Assembly: GCF_964355755.1 (NCBI RefSeq)
Contig: NC_092676.1
Location: 27,174,871 to 27,238,870 of the forward strand
Direction of reading: 5' to 3'
DNA: 64,000 nt
From: Antedon mediterranea
Lineage: Eukaryota; Animalia; Echinodermata
The position numbers were made by a program, and so were the translations under genes. Positions within the stretch are counted from its first letter, which is position 1; every line of letters starts with the position of its first letter. Below the pieces are notes generated by a model. That model was not told the DNA's origin and did no database searches. It was given only the letters and a program-made list of their open reading frames with translations. Below, piece after piece: positions 10,424 to 20,926 of this stretch.

Positions 10424-12791
10424 AGAGTATCACGGTGTGACGTCACAACGATAGAGGGTGCTGCTAGCCAACCAAAAAATGCGTTCAGCTTTACTATGTT
10501 GATAAACAGTAAAGATCTGTATTTCTATCAAATTATGTATCTTAGCTTGATTTTTTTTAACCTTAACTGCAGTTGAAGAATAAATAGATTATTAAAAACA
10601 AATATTTAGTGATCTTTTAGTAGGTATCCCAATGAAGCGGATTTTCGTTACCGCGATTTTAACACGTTCGTGAAAATTCAAAAAGTGACGTGTCTTTGAA
10701 GTTACAATGAACTTCTTGTAAGCTGGTACTGTGCTGGACATTTTGTGCCTTTAAAAATATACTATTTCTTATATACACATGTGAATAAAAATTATATGTC
10801 TGGAAAGATCTTGTTTAAGGGATTATTTTCATATATTTTTAATCTATGTTTATTAAATATTTTAATAGAAAACGCGAGTTAAAAATGAGGTACAAAAGCC
10901 GGCGAGCCGAAATCCGCGCGCTAAAAATAAATTTGGAAAACACCTACCCATTTTCAAAACACGATCGCACGAGGTCCATAATAGGTGGTGGAGTAATTTT
11001 TGTTGCATGTTATCAGGCTTTAAATACTCTTTATTTTGATATGTAAATCGGTTATTATTATTATGTACATCCGCCTCAAATGTCAATTTTAACGATAAAA
11101 ATTGAATTTTTTAGTCTTTCTCATTATCAAAATCTGGCTAATTTAGTATTGAATTGAAGCTAATTTATATTTCTGTTTGATAAACCACATCGTTTTATTT
11201 GACTTTGCGTGGACCTCGTGCAAAGAGGCCAACAAGACCAACCACTGAAAAAAATAATCCCTACCATAAATATCAGTGTTTACCATTTTCCTTACGGGGG
11301 GGATTCAGTTCTCCGCTTATTACTAAATTACCGTCGCCCAGACAATGTGCATGGTATGCATGTATTAGCGCGTTAATTAATGATTGGATAACCCCTGCAG
11401 TGGACTGTTCCATTTTCTGAACTAGTCTTCGCCGTACACGAGGCATGTCGAAAAATGTCGCCTCTCATGGAATATTTGCTTCGAAACGTCAATTTTACCG
11501 ATTTATTAAATTATTTAATAAGTGGAATATTTATAAATCTACTATATAAAGCAAGTACGTTAGGAAGAAATGTACCGAAGAAATTTAAGAAGCTTTGATT
11601 TTGCTATGCAGCAGCCGTAAGCCATTCTATGTAGGCGGCCGAAACGCGCTTTGGCCTGTGTTGCTGTTGTATGTCTACGCTGTTTCTAGGCCTAAATTTT
11701 ATTCCGTATATTTCAATTCAAAGTGCAACTTTCGGTTAGAATTATCGAAAGAGAAATAAAATTAAACATGTTACAATTATACCATTGAGGTAATTACTTT
11801 GTTAAATAACAAATTTCTTCCCGATATTTCTTAGGCAGAATTTTCGTCAGGCTTTTATTTAGACCTTAGCTAGGGGCCTATATAACTTAACTTGTAGTAG
11901 GCGCAGCCGAGTCTACGTTCGGCCCGGCGCTCCAAATGGAATCGAACACATAATAAGCACGGGCTTAATTCTTATTTTTGGCGGTTCGAAAATCAATTAA
12001 AATAATATATGATTATAAATATAACTTTAAATACTAGAATTATTTAAAAAATGTATACTTACGAAAAATAATATTTAATGAAAAGAAACAATACCCACAC
12101 AGTTTTTTAACGCAATATTTTTTTTTCCACATTTTAACATTTTTTAACAATATTTTATGTTGTATTTCAGAATTACCTACCTGTCAATATAAATAACCTT
12201 ACTAAAATACATATTACATTTTATGCAATGCAAAAAAAAAGAAGTTAATTCACACATTGGTTCAAAAGTTATGAATCATTTAAAGACAGGAACTTTTTGG
12301 GCATTTTTGAGACATTGGGAAAATCACGCGTAAAAAGCCCTCGGACGAATTGTATCTATGGGTTTGGAAAAAATAAGAACTTTAAAATTATTAGTATAAA
12401 AGTTATAACCCTTCAAAAATGGGTTCAAATATAATTAGAAAAAGTGCCATTTTTCAAGCAAAAATCACTGTTTTTTGGGCACTTTAACGGACCATAACTT
12501 TTGAATGGATAATCCGATTTCAATCATTTAAATTGCAAAAGTTTATGTTCAGTAAGTTCCTTCTGATTAACTGAAAGAAAAAGTACCATCATTAATTTGA
12601 ATTTTTACATTGGGATACCTACTTTTAGTGTTTTTATTAAAAATTATTAAGTTTTAAAATGACTACTTCAATAAGCCTATTCCAAATCATTGGTGATCTT
12701 GGAGTCACTCAGGCAGGCTGAACGCATTTTTGGTTGCGCTAGCAACCACGCAGCGCCACCTACCGCTGTGAGGTCAGCACCGTGATACTCT
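10424..12791. mobile_element. MITE (~360 bp net) interrupted by a nested element
   Basis: TIRs AGAGTATCACGGTG and CACCGTGATACTCT, with imperfect similarity extending about 70 bp (to AAAAATGCGTTCAGC). Flanked by AT on both sides; the empty site GATATCATAGCATTG can be reconstructed from the host repeat. Confidence 0.8.
10621..12621. mobile_element. 2001 bp non-autonomous hAT-like DNA transposon
   Basis: Perfect 14 bp TIRs TAGGTATCCCAATG and CATTGGGATACCTA. 7 bp TSD CTTTTAG at 10614-10620 and 12622-12628. No recognisable transposase ORF. Confidence 0.82.
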
Positions 12792-13699
12792 ATAGCATTG
12801 TCATTTTTTCATTGCTTATTTTATTTGTATCTCCATTAAGATCCAGCCACTGGTATCATAGCATTGTCATTTTTTCAGTGCTTATTTTATTTTGTTTCTC
12901 CATTGAGATCCAGCCACTGATATCATACCGTTATCAATTTTTCAGTAATTTGACTTTGGATTTCAATATAGTTAATAGACAGGTTCCATTTCTCAAAAAA
13001 CGGCCTAGAAAACGAATCAAGAAGCATTTTTGGGTAGAAGCTGGGATCCACTTGGTTTAGGATATTTCGACCTCGCTGATTACGAATATGGCGGATCCCA
13101 AGCGAAATTCGGCCATCTAAGCCCTTAATTTGCATAATTAAAAATGGCGGCCATTTTTTATAATTACCCTATATCTCGAGAACCACTAGTCACAGATAAT
13201 TAATTTTGGTGTCAAAATGTTTTAAATATATGTTTTTATATTCACTTTAATGACACATTTTCTCAAAAAATTGATGCAAGTCGTATTTCTGACATTTTGA
13301 CCTTTGACCTTGATTTATCGTATCTCAGTAACCAATAATCGGAGAGACACGAAATAGGGCTCAAATTGTTCAGAAACTATACATTCATATTTATTATAAT
13401 GAAATGTTTTTACAAAAAATGGCCGATTCTACAACTATTGACCTTTGAACTATTAGTCAAATATAATAATATAATAATAATATAACTTTGAAAATTGTGG
13501 TCTTATGAATTTTTTTTTCTTTTTAAATTGTTTAAAACATGTGTGTTTCTATCCAGTCTAATGGCATATTTTGTACAAGAATGGCCGATAGTATGGTTAT
13601 TGACCTTTTAACTACAGCATAGGCCTACTGTATACTAAATATAATATAATTGCATAACTATGAAATTATTTATACACAATAATAATTAGTAAAATTATA

Positions 13700-14420
13700 A
13701 AATTCACTGCCATCAAATATGATGTGTTATGATTTATATAGATTTAAAAAGGAATTTGAATACGCAAGTTACATTTTTTGAAATTTGAAATTTGAAATTA
13801 CCTGCCATCAATATGAGGGAGTGTGCTTATAGATTTTCTAAAATGTGAACATGTCAGCTACATTTGGAAATTACCTGCCATCAATATGATGGATTATGAT
13901 TATAGATTTAAATAAAAATTTGAACACGTAACCTACATTAGAAAATTACCTGCTATCAATATGATGGATTATGATTATAGATTTAAAAAAGAATTTGAAC
14001 ACGTCAGCTACATTTGGAAATTTGGAAATTACCTGCCATCAATATGATGGATTATGATTGTATAGTACCTGCCATCAATATGATGGATTATGATTATAGA
14101 ATTAAAAAAGAATTTGAACACGTCAGCTACATTTGGAAATTGGGAAATTACCTGCCATCAATATGATGGATTATGATTATAGATTTTAAAAAGAATTTGA
14201 ACACGTAAGCTACATTTGGAAATTTGGAAATTACCTGCCATCAATATGATGGATTATGATTGTATAGTACCTGCCATCAATATGATGGATTATGATTATA
14301 GATTTAAAAAAGAATTTGAACACGTAAGCTACATTTGAAAATTACTTGCCATCAATATGATGGATTATGATTGTATAGATTTAAAAGAAAATGTGAACAC
14401 GTACGTAAGCTACATTTGGA
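13700..14420 (+). repeat. Minisatellite in left arm of the fold-back element
   Basis: About 10 copies of the core ACCTGCCATCAATATGATGGATTATGATT, in long (~75-85 bp) and short (~36 bp) units. Confidence 0.9.
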
Positions 14421-14438
14421 ATGAACATGTTAAGGGCA

Positions 14439-15540
14439 TCAGTTAAGATCATTCATGCAAAGGTTTCCGTCATCTTTAGCGTTGTTACAGCGGCATAAAG
14501 CTGTACATGGTAGTTTTGACTTCTTGCACCTACATCTATTGGTTATGTATCGTGTCTTGCATCCACAATAAATCATCTCTAACGAAGCAGTAGGAATAGC
14601 TTCATTTTTCAGAAGCACTGGTTGAAGTTTACCATTAGATAGCTCCCAACCAAAATATGTTGGTGATGGCAAATGCTAGATTGGCGACGATACAGCTTTT
14701 TTCCATACGAGTGCTTGGAAGTGTGCTCTTTTTATATGTTGGTGCACTGCATCGCTTGTTGGAGGTAATGCCTTTTTTTTTAAAGCCTAACTTTATTGGT
14801 ACTTTCAACTTGACCAACACCGTAAACGTAGCAAATGAATCTTTCCGATTTCATAATAACTTGGTCACTGATAGGTTTTCTCCCAGGTCTTTAATTAGTT
14901 CATACCTTTTTTAATACTTCCCATGCCGATGCCTTTGAGTGACCACTTAGATATGAGCAGTGAAGAGTTAAATTACTGTATGTATGTATTAATGTAATTT
15001 AACTCTTCCCTGGATATGAGGTAGTATCGCATCCACTAATAGTGTGGAATGGAATCAGTGCTTTTGCAGAACCCTCGGGCAAGGCGTGAAAAATGTCTTT
15101 TATAGATACTTTCTTTTTTTGGATGTCCCTGTCATCATCCATTTGGATACCATGCTTTGGTAGTGAGACACTAGAATCACTAGTACGTCTGTATCCCTAG
15201 AAGCAACTACAACTGTGTCGTATCGGACATTGGCAGCATGACAAGTCTCGTGTCCGATTCTTCATGGTCTGACCAGAGACAACGTATTCGTGTACAATTT
15301 TGATGATTTAACAACTGATTCTTTCATAAATCCACCAGCTGTGACAATTTCTTTGTCTATAGGAGCTTGACGAATCAACTCCTCTGATAGAAATCGTGTC
15401 AGATCTGCATTATTATCTTGTAATGCCAACAAGTTTGACCAGCAATTTGGCAGCGGTATTTCACCACTTTCTATAATTCGACGAATTGGTCTCTGTGTTT
15501 TGGTTCATCTTTGTCTGGTGGTGTCCTTTATCGACAGTTT
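14439..15540 (-). pseudogene. Degenerate C-terminal part of an AcademX-type transposon protein (XPG/PIN-like nuclease plus Cys-rich zinc finger)
   Basis: Minus-strand translation gives SDHEESDTRL, VVVASRDTDVLVIL, FHTISGCDTTSY, LPPTSDAVHQHIKRAHFQA, PSPTYFGW and CGCK..RCRCKKSKLPCTALCRC, with stops and frameshifts. Confidence 0.8.
14958..15012. mobile_element. 55 bp hAT-type miniature element
   Basis: 19 bp TIRs CAG(T/G)GAAGAGTTAAATTAC with one mismatch. Perfect 8 bp TSD GATATGAG at 14950-14957 and 15013-15020. Excision restores GCDTTSYLSGHSKASAWEVLK. Confidence 0.85.
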
Positions 15541-15555
15541 TAAGTTAGGCATGCC

Positions 15556-15910
15556 ATGTTTAAAAAAAAAAAAAAATTACCTCCAACAAGCGATGCAGTG
15601 CACCAGCATCATATAAAAAGAGCACACTTCCAAGCACTCGTATTGAAAAAAGCTGTATCGCCAATCCAGCATTTGCCATCACCAACATATTTTGGTTGGG
15701 AGCTATCTAATGGTAAACTTCAACCAGTGCTTCTGAAAAATGAAGCTATTCCTACTGCTTCGTTAGAGATGATTTATTGTGGATGCAAGACACGATGCAT
15801 AACCATATAGATGTAGGTGCAAAAAGTCAAAACTACCATGTACAGCTTTAATATGCTACTGTAACAACGCTAAAGATGACGGAAACCTTTGCATGAATGA
15901 TCAAAACTGA
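15556..15910 (+). pseudogene. Second, inverted copy of the Academ-like C-terminal coding fragment
   Basis: LPPTSDAVHQHHIKRAHFQA...PSPTYFGW...CGCKTRC then a frameshift. Mirror image of 14439-14780. Confidence 0.8.
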
Positions 15911-15927
15911 TGCCCTTAACATGTTCA

Positions 15928-16430
15928 TTCCAAATGTAGCTTACGTGTTCACTATTCTTTCAAACCTATACAATTATAATCCATCATATTGATGGCAGGT
16001 AATTTCCAAATTTCCAAATGTGGCTGACGTGTTCAAATTCTTTTTTAATTCTATAATCATAATCCATCATATTGATGGCTGGTACTATACAATCATAATC
16101 CATCATGTGATGGCAGGTAATTTCCAAATGTAGCTGACGTATTCAAATCCTTTTTTAAATCTATAATCATAATCCATCATATTGATGGCAGGTAATTTTC
16201 TAATGTAGCTTATGTGTTCAAATTCTTTTTTAAATCTATAATCATAATCCATCATATTGATGGCAGGTAATTTCCAAATGTAGCTGACATGTTCACATTT
16301 TTAAAAATCTATAATCATACTCCATCATATTGATGGCAGGTAATTTTAAATTTCAACAAATGTAACTTGCGTGTTCAATTTTTTTTTAAATCTATATAAA
16401 TCATAACACATCATATTTGATGGCTGTGAA
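15928..16430 (-). repeat. Mirror minisatellite in right arm of the fold-back element
   Basis: About 7 reverse-complement copies of the same core. Confidence 0.9.
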
Positions 16431-17282
16431 TTTTATAATTTTACTAATTATTATTGAGTATAAATAATTTCATAGTTATGCAATTATATTATATTATATT
16501 CAGTATACAGTAGGCCTATGCTGTAGTTTAAAGGTCAATAACCATACTATCGGCCATTCTTGTACAAAATGTGCCATTAGACTGTATAGAAACACACATG
16601 TTTTAAACAATTTAAAAAGAAAAAAAAATTCATAAGACCACAATTTTCAAAGTTATATTATTATTATATTATTATATTTGACTAATAGTTCAAAGGTCAA
16701 TAGTTGTAGAATCGGCCATTTTTTGTAAAAACATTTCATTATAATAAATAAGAATGTATAGTTTTTGAACAATTTGAGCCCTATTTCGTGTCTCTCCGAT
16801 TATTGGTTACTGAGATACGATAAATCAAGGTCAAAGGTCAAAATGTCAGAAATACGACTTGCATCAATTTTTTGAGAAAATGTGTCATTAAAGTGAATAT
16901 AAAAACATATATTTAAAACATTTTGACTCCAAAATTAATTATCTGTGACTAGTGGTTCTCGAGATATAGGGTAATTATAAAAAATGGCCGCCATTTTTAA
17001 TTATGCAAATTAAGGGCTTAGATAGCCGAATTTCGCTTGGGATCCGCCATATTCGTAATCAGCGAGGTCAAAATATCCTAAATCAAGTGGATCCCAGCTT
17101 CTACCCAAAAATGCTTCTTACATCATATTTCAGAGGAAATAGAACTTGTCTAATATATAGAATACATTTTTTGTGAATGCCCTATGGCCTGTATTCATGC
17201 ATAACTCTAACATATATTTGATTTAAATTAATTTTGTGTACCAAAATTAAATTGTTTACAATGCAATGCAACTGCTGCTATT

Positions 17283-17397
17283 AAACTTTATCAAAATATG
17301 ATGTGCTCATATATGACATGATGTCATATCACTACCATATTTAAGCATATCACTATCATATATAGGCACATCACACTAAAGTTTGATAGTGTAGACA
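17283..17397 (+). mobile_element. Harbinger-type MITE family A, degenerate copy
   Basis: Core CATATCACTACCATATTT plus AGTTTGATAGTGTAGACA. Confidence 0.7.
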
Positions 17398-17503
17398 AAT
17401 TTGTAGTTACTATTAATTCAAAAAGTTCGGAGGTTTTTCTACTAGTCTAGAATTTGTGAGTGTTTCCAAATTTAATTCCTTTTATCATTTTTCTTAACTT
17501 TAG

Positions 17504-17606
17504 AAAACTAGCGAGTCATCTGAGATGGTAATGTTGGGTAGAATGATGTTACAAGATGAGAAGAATCATTTTGAGGAAGAAAAACAAATGCCTCAGGATC
17601 AGTTAA
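17504..17606 (+). CDS. BICRA: BICRA-like coding exon 9, end of GLTSCR1 domain
   Basis: KTSESSEMVMLGRMMLQDEKNHFEEEKQ matches SxEMVMxxRMxxxxEK. Long pyrimidine tract plus tag acceptor, donor A|gtaagt. Confidence 0.92.
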
Positions 17607-17790
17607 GTAAGTTGTAATCCTAAATAGTTTATTTATTGAACTTTATTTTCTAAGGGCAGCCCCAACAGCTGTACAGGTGATCTGAAGAAACCCTCTATAG
17701 AAAATCAATACAGAAAAATGTTAATTTCATTTTTCTGAATTTTTTCAGTTGCAAAAATATGTTAATTTCACTTTTTCTGAATTTTTTCAG

Positions 17791-18746
17791 TTGCAAAAAT
17801 TCGAACTTTACCAGGATTTGAATTAAATGAAGATGACGCTGATTTGAAATCACAAACAAAAGAAAGTGATGTCTCAACCGATTTGTTATCACCCGTTAAA
17901 AGTGATATCGCTGAAACACAGGACAATATAGGGCTTGATGCCACGGAATTACAGACAAAGTTTGTTCCAGAAGTTGTTAAAAAAGAAGAAATTCCATCAA
18001 GTGATATTGTATCACTTGATGTTAGAACTACAGATAAATCTGCAGAAATGCTGGAGCTAGGCCCCAAAGACTGCAATGGATTTATAACGAGAGAGTTAAC
18101 GGTCAACGATGAAGGGCGGCAGAAGCCCTTAAAGTTAAAAATCAAATTGCGTCGGCCTAGCACTCTCCAAGACCTGCTTGGGGAACAGGAACATGGGTTA
18201 GAGGTCAATGATTCTCTGTCGCCGACCTTTGATAACTCCTTAAACGGAGAAGTGAATCCGAATAGCAATAGTTATGATGCGTTTGAAATGTCTGATATAG
18301 AGGATGATTTAGACGAAAAGCGTGTTGACACACAGAATACAAAGGATGGATCTGTCGCTTCAGATGTTGCCAGTGAGGAGGAGGATGAGGACACAGAAGA
18401 GAACTCGTGTGGTGCTTTGAGCGAACAGAATGAAAGTGCTATCAACCACATACTTAGTTTTCGAAACAATGAAAATCCAACCATCCCCTCCTCACATGAC
18501 AACCGAACGGATGTATACAAATCAACAGACGATAGAATCGTCAACGGTTTGGAGTACGAGTTTGATGATGATGACGATGCTGATGATTTAACAATTCCTA
18601 GTTTTTCTCGTATACAGAGGTCATCCAAGCTCGAAGAAAGTTTCGACGACTTTGATAAAACAAACAGTAGTTACGATGAATTTTCAACAATGAGCAATTT
18701 GCGGGATCCAGATTTGGAGGAAGCCGTAAATAGTATCTTATTTTAA
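17791..18746 (+). CDS. BICRA: BICRA-like terminal coding exon 10 (acidic tail)
   Basis: ttttttcag acceptor at 17790, phase 1, in frame with ORF 17844. Contains KPLKLKIKL (BET ET-domain-binding type motif) and ends LEEAVNSILF*, like the AVNSIL C-terminus I recall for BICRAL. Confidence 0.88.
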
Positions 18747-18968
18747 GTATTAACTATTGTTTATTTAATTGATAATTAATGATAGCAGATATTTTTTCTA
18801 ATTCATGTTTGTAATGTTACTATTGTGTGCCATTTTGTATGTTTTGTCAACTCTCTCAAAACCGGACAGCAAATAAGAATTTTATTCTGAATACTGGAAA
18901 AATAATATATAACTTATATTGATCAGATTGTTGGTCAGTTATTTAAAAAGTGATCATGATAATTGCTA

Positions 18969-19000
18969 AATAAAATATTTATGATGCTAAAAGCAATAAA
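18969..19000 (+). terminator. Candidate polyadenylation signals for the BICRA-like gene
   Basis: AATAAA at 18969 and 18995, about 220-250 nt after the stop. The background is AT-rich, so this is weak. Confidence 0.3.
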
Positions 19001-19133
19001 TTATGTCAACATTATTCTGTTGCATTAATTTCATTTAGCTTAGAAATTAATTTAAAAGTTAAAAACGGTACACTACTAAATAAAATGCAAATTGTCATAC
19101 TTTATCCATTCATTATCATCTATTGGGTATAAA

Positions 19134-19542
19134 CAAAGAACTTATAACACAAGAATCTTCTGTTCGTCCGAAGTGCGTAACAATTTCGAAAGGCATTGTG
19201 GGATAGAATAGAGCTATGGGTGGCACCATTGTGAGCCATGGAGTAGGGCGCCCGCATCAAATTAGAAAGTCAATATCATAGAGGGGATCTGCTAATGCTC
19301 TAGGGGGTATAGAGTAATTGACTGAGGAGTAGGGTGCCCGCATCAAATTAGAAAGTCAAAATCATAGAGGGGGTCTGCTGATACGCTAGGGGGGTAGAAT
19401 AATTGACTTCCTAGTTTGGAGGGGGCGCTGCTCCATGCTGTGAAATGGCGTCGCCCAGTTTGACCTTTTAACCCTGTACTTCCGATACTGTGTTTTGAAT
19501 GCAAATTGAAGAACAGGAGATTCTTGTGTTATAAGTTCTTTG
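19134..19542. mobile_element. 409 bp P-superfamily-like MITE
   Basis: 32 bp TIRs CAAAGAACTTATAACACAAGAATCTYCTGTTC with one mismatch, CA...TG ends, 7 bp TSD GTATAAA (19127-19133, 19543-19549), and an internal 86 bp tandem duplication (19240-19408). Confidence 0.82.
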
Positions 19543-19614
19543 GTATAAACCAAACTCTTAACATGATTAAGGGATGTGACCTCATATTGAACAATCTTTG
19601 ATGTACAGTAATGA

Positions 19615-19724
19615 TATGACAAAAAAAGATATGCCCAAATATGGAAGTGATATGACGTCATCGTGTCCATATATGGGCACATCACATTTTTTGTCACATA
19701 AAGTTTGATAGTGTAGATAGAGCT
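19615..19724 (-). mobile_element. Harbinger-type MITE family A, partial copy
   Basis: Reverse core ending AGTTTGATAGTGTAGATAGAGCT followed by TTA. Confidence 0.75.
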
Positions 19725-20267
19725 TTAGGGTATGGAACTACATAAAACCCTAAATTTGAAGATCGTCCCTCTACACCATAATATATCCTCCTGTATCCAT
19801 CAACACAAAGGCCTTCCAGATTTAAAACCCTTTACATTTTTCTATGAAATGGCATACATTACTCTCAATTGTCATCCATAATGCTAATAGTATCTAATGC
19901 ATCCAAGGTCTGAAGTGTTTTAATGTACGTTTAATTTCCTTTTTTGCACCCCAATGGGTTCCACATCTCTTGGCCGCCAACATTATAAAATCATTAGAAT
20001 TATCCTGGAATGCTTTAAACATACTAATGTAAAGATGATTATACCACAGGTGGTTTGTGAGCAAACTAAACTAGTAAGAAAGATATTAAGGTTGATTAAA
20101 AACACTAGTGTTTATAAAACCTATTTGTAATAGAACATCAGTTATAACTTATAAATACATTGAATTTACTCCCCTTTAAACAGTTTCTATAAAAGATGTT
20201 TGCTCCCATTGCAAACCCTCGTCATTACTATAAATTACAATTTTAAATCTGTACATTTTAAACTTGA

Positions 20268-20616
20268 CATCTATGGCATTACATTTACCATACATCTATG
20301 GTAGTACATTTACCATACATCTATGGTATTACATTTACCATACATCTATGGTATTACATTTACCTTACATCTATGGTATTACATTTACCATACATCTATG
20401 GCATTACATTTACCATACATCTATGGCATTACATTTACCATACATCTATATAATTACATTTACCATACATCTATGGTATTACATTTACCATACATCTATG
20501 GTATTACATTTACCATACATCTATGGTATTACATTTACCATACATCTATGGTATTACATTTACCATACATCTATGGTATTACATTTACCATACATCTATG
20601 GTATTACATTTACCAT
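20268..20616. repeat. 25 bp minisatellite, ~14 copies
   Basis: Unit ACATTTACCATACATCTATGGTATT, nearly perfect, no spacers. Confidence 0.95.
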
Positions 20617-20828
20617 AATGAAATAAGTAAATAGTAAATTTAGACTAAAGCTGTACTGATTCTTATTTACGCTTTTACCAAATGTAAATTGTGGGAGTTT
20701 TATAACGAATGAAAATCTGTATGTACAGTATATTCTAATATTGGAGAAACCACAAATTAATTCTGGTAAAAAAGCAATTTTTAAAATGAAAATTATACAT
20801 TATCATTCGATGTATACTTTTTAACATC

Positions 20829-20880
20829 TGTTTAGTTCAATCAGATATACATGTTTAGTTCAATCAGATATACATGTTTA
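20829..20880. repeat. 23 bp tandem duplication
   Basis: TGTTTAGTTCAATCAGATATACA twice. Confidence 0.8.
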
Positions 20881-20926
20881 ACCTTTTTCTACTCGGGGAT
20901 CTTATTGCTTGAATATTTGTACATAA

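Larger units (their letters stand above)
10313..12928 (+). repeat. 66-69 bp tandem repeat (~4 units) split by the nested insertions
   Basis: Unit ATTTTATTTGTATCTCCATTGAGATCCAGCCACTGATATCATAGCATTG... at 10313-10423 and 12792-12928. Confidence 0.85.
12976..17152. mobile_element. Fold-back (palindromic) non-autonomous Academ-like DNA transposon
   Basis: Termini TAGACAGGTTCCATTTC and GAAATAGAACTTGTCTA. Inverted arms at about 12976-14793 and 15542-17152 are near-identical. Contains decayed XPG-like nuclease and Cys-rich finger coding sequence. Confidence 0.8.

Noticed and set aside
13700-14420. CRISPR-like repeat-spacer pattern beside a nuclease-like gene
   Set aside because: The intervening sequences are copies of each other, so this is a minisatellite in a transposon arm.
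14439-14672. Host tesmin/CXC-domain gene
   Set aside because: The Cys-rich segment is attached to decayed XPG-like motifs inside a TIR-bounded element, so it is transposon-derived.
17695-18628. Minus-strand ORFs overlapping the last BICRA exon
   Set aside because: Antisense shadows of the acidic coding exon.
20264-20634. Two repetitive ORFs or a CRISPR-like array
   Set aside because: Pure 25 bp tandem repeat without unique spacers or cas genes, in a eukaryotic context.
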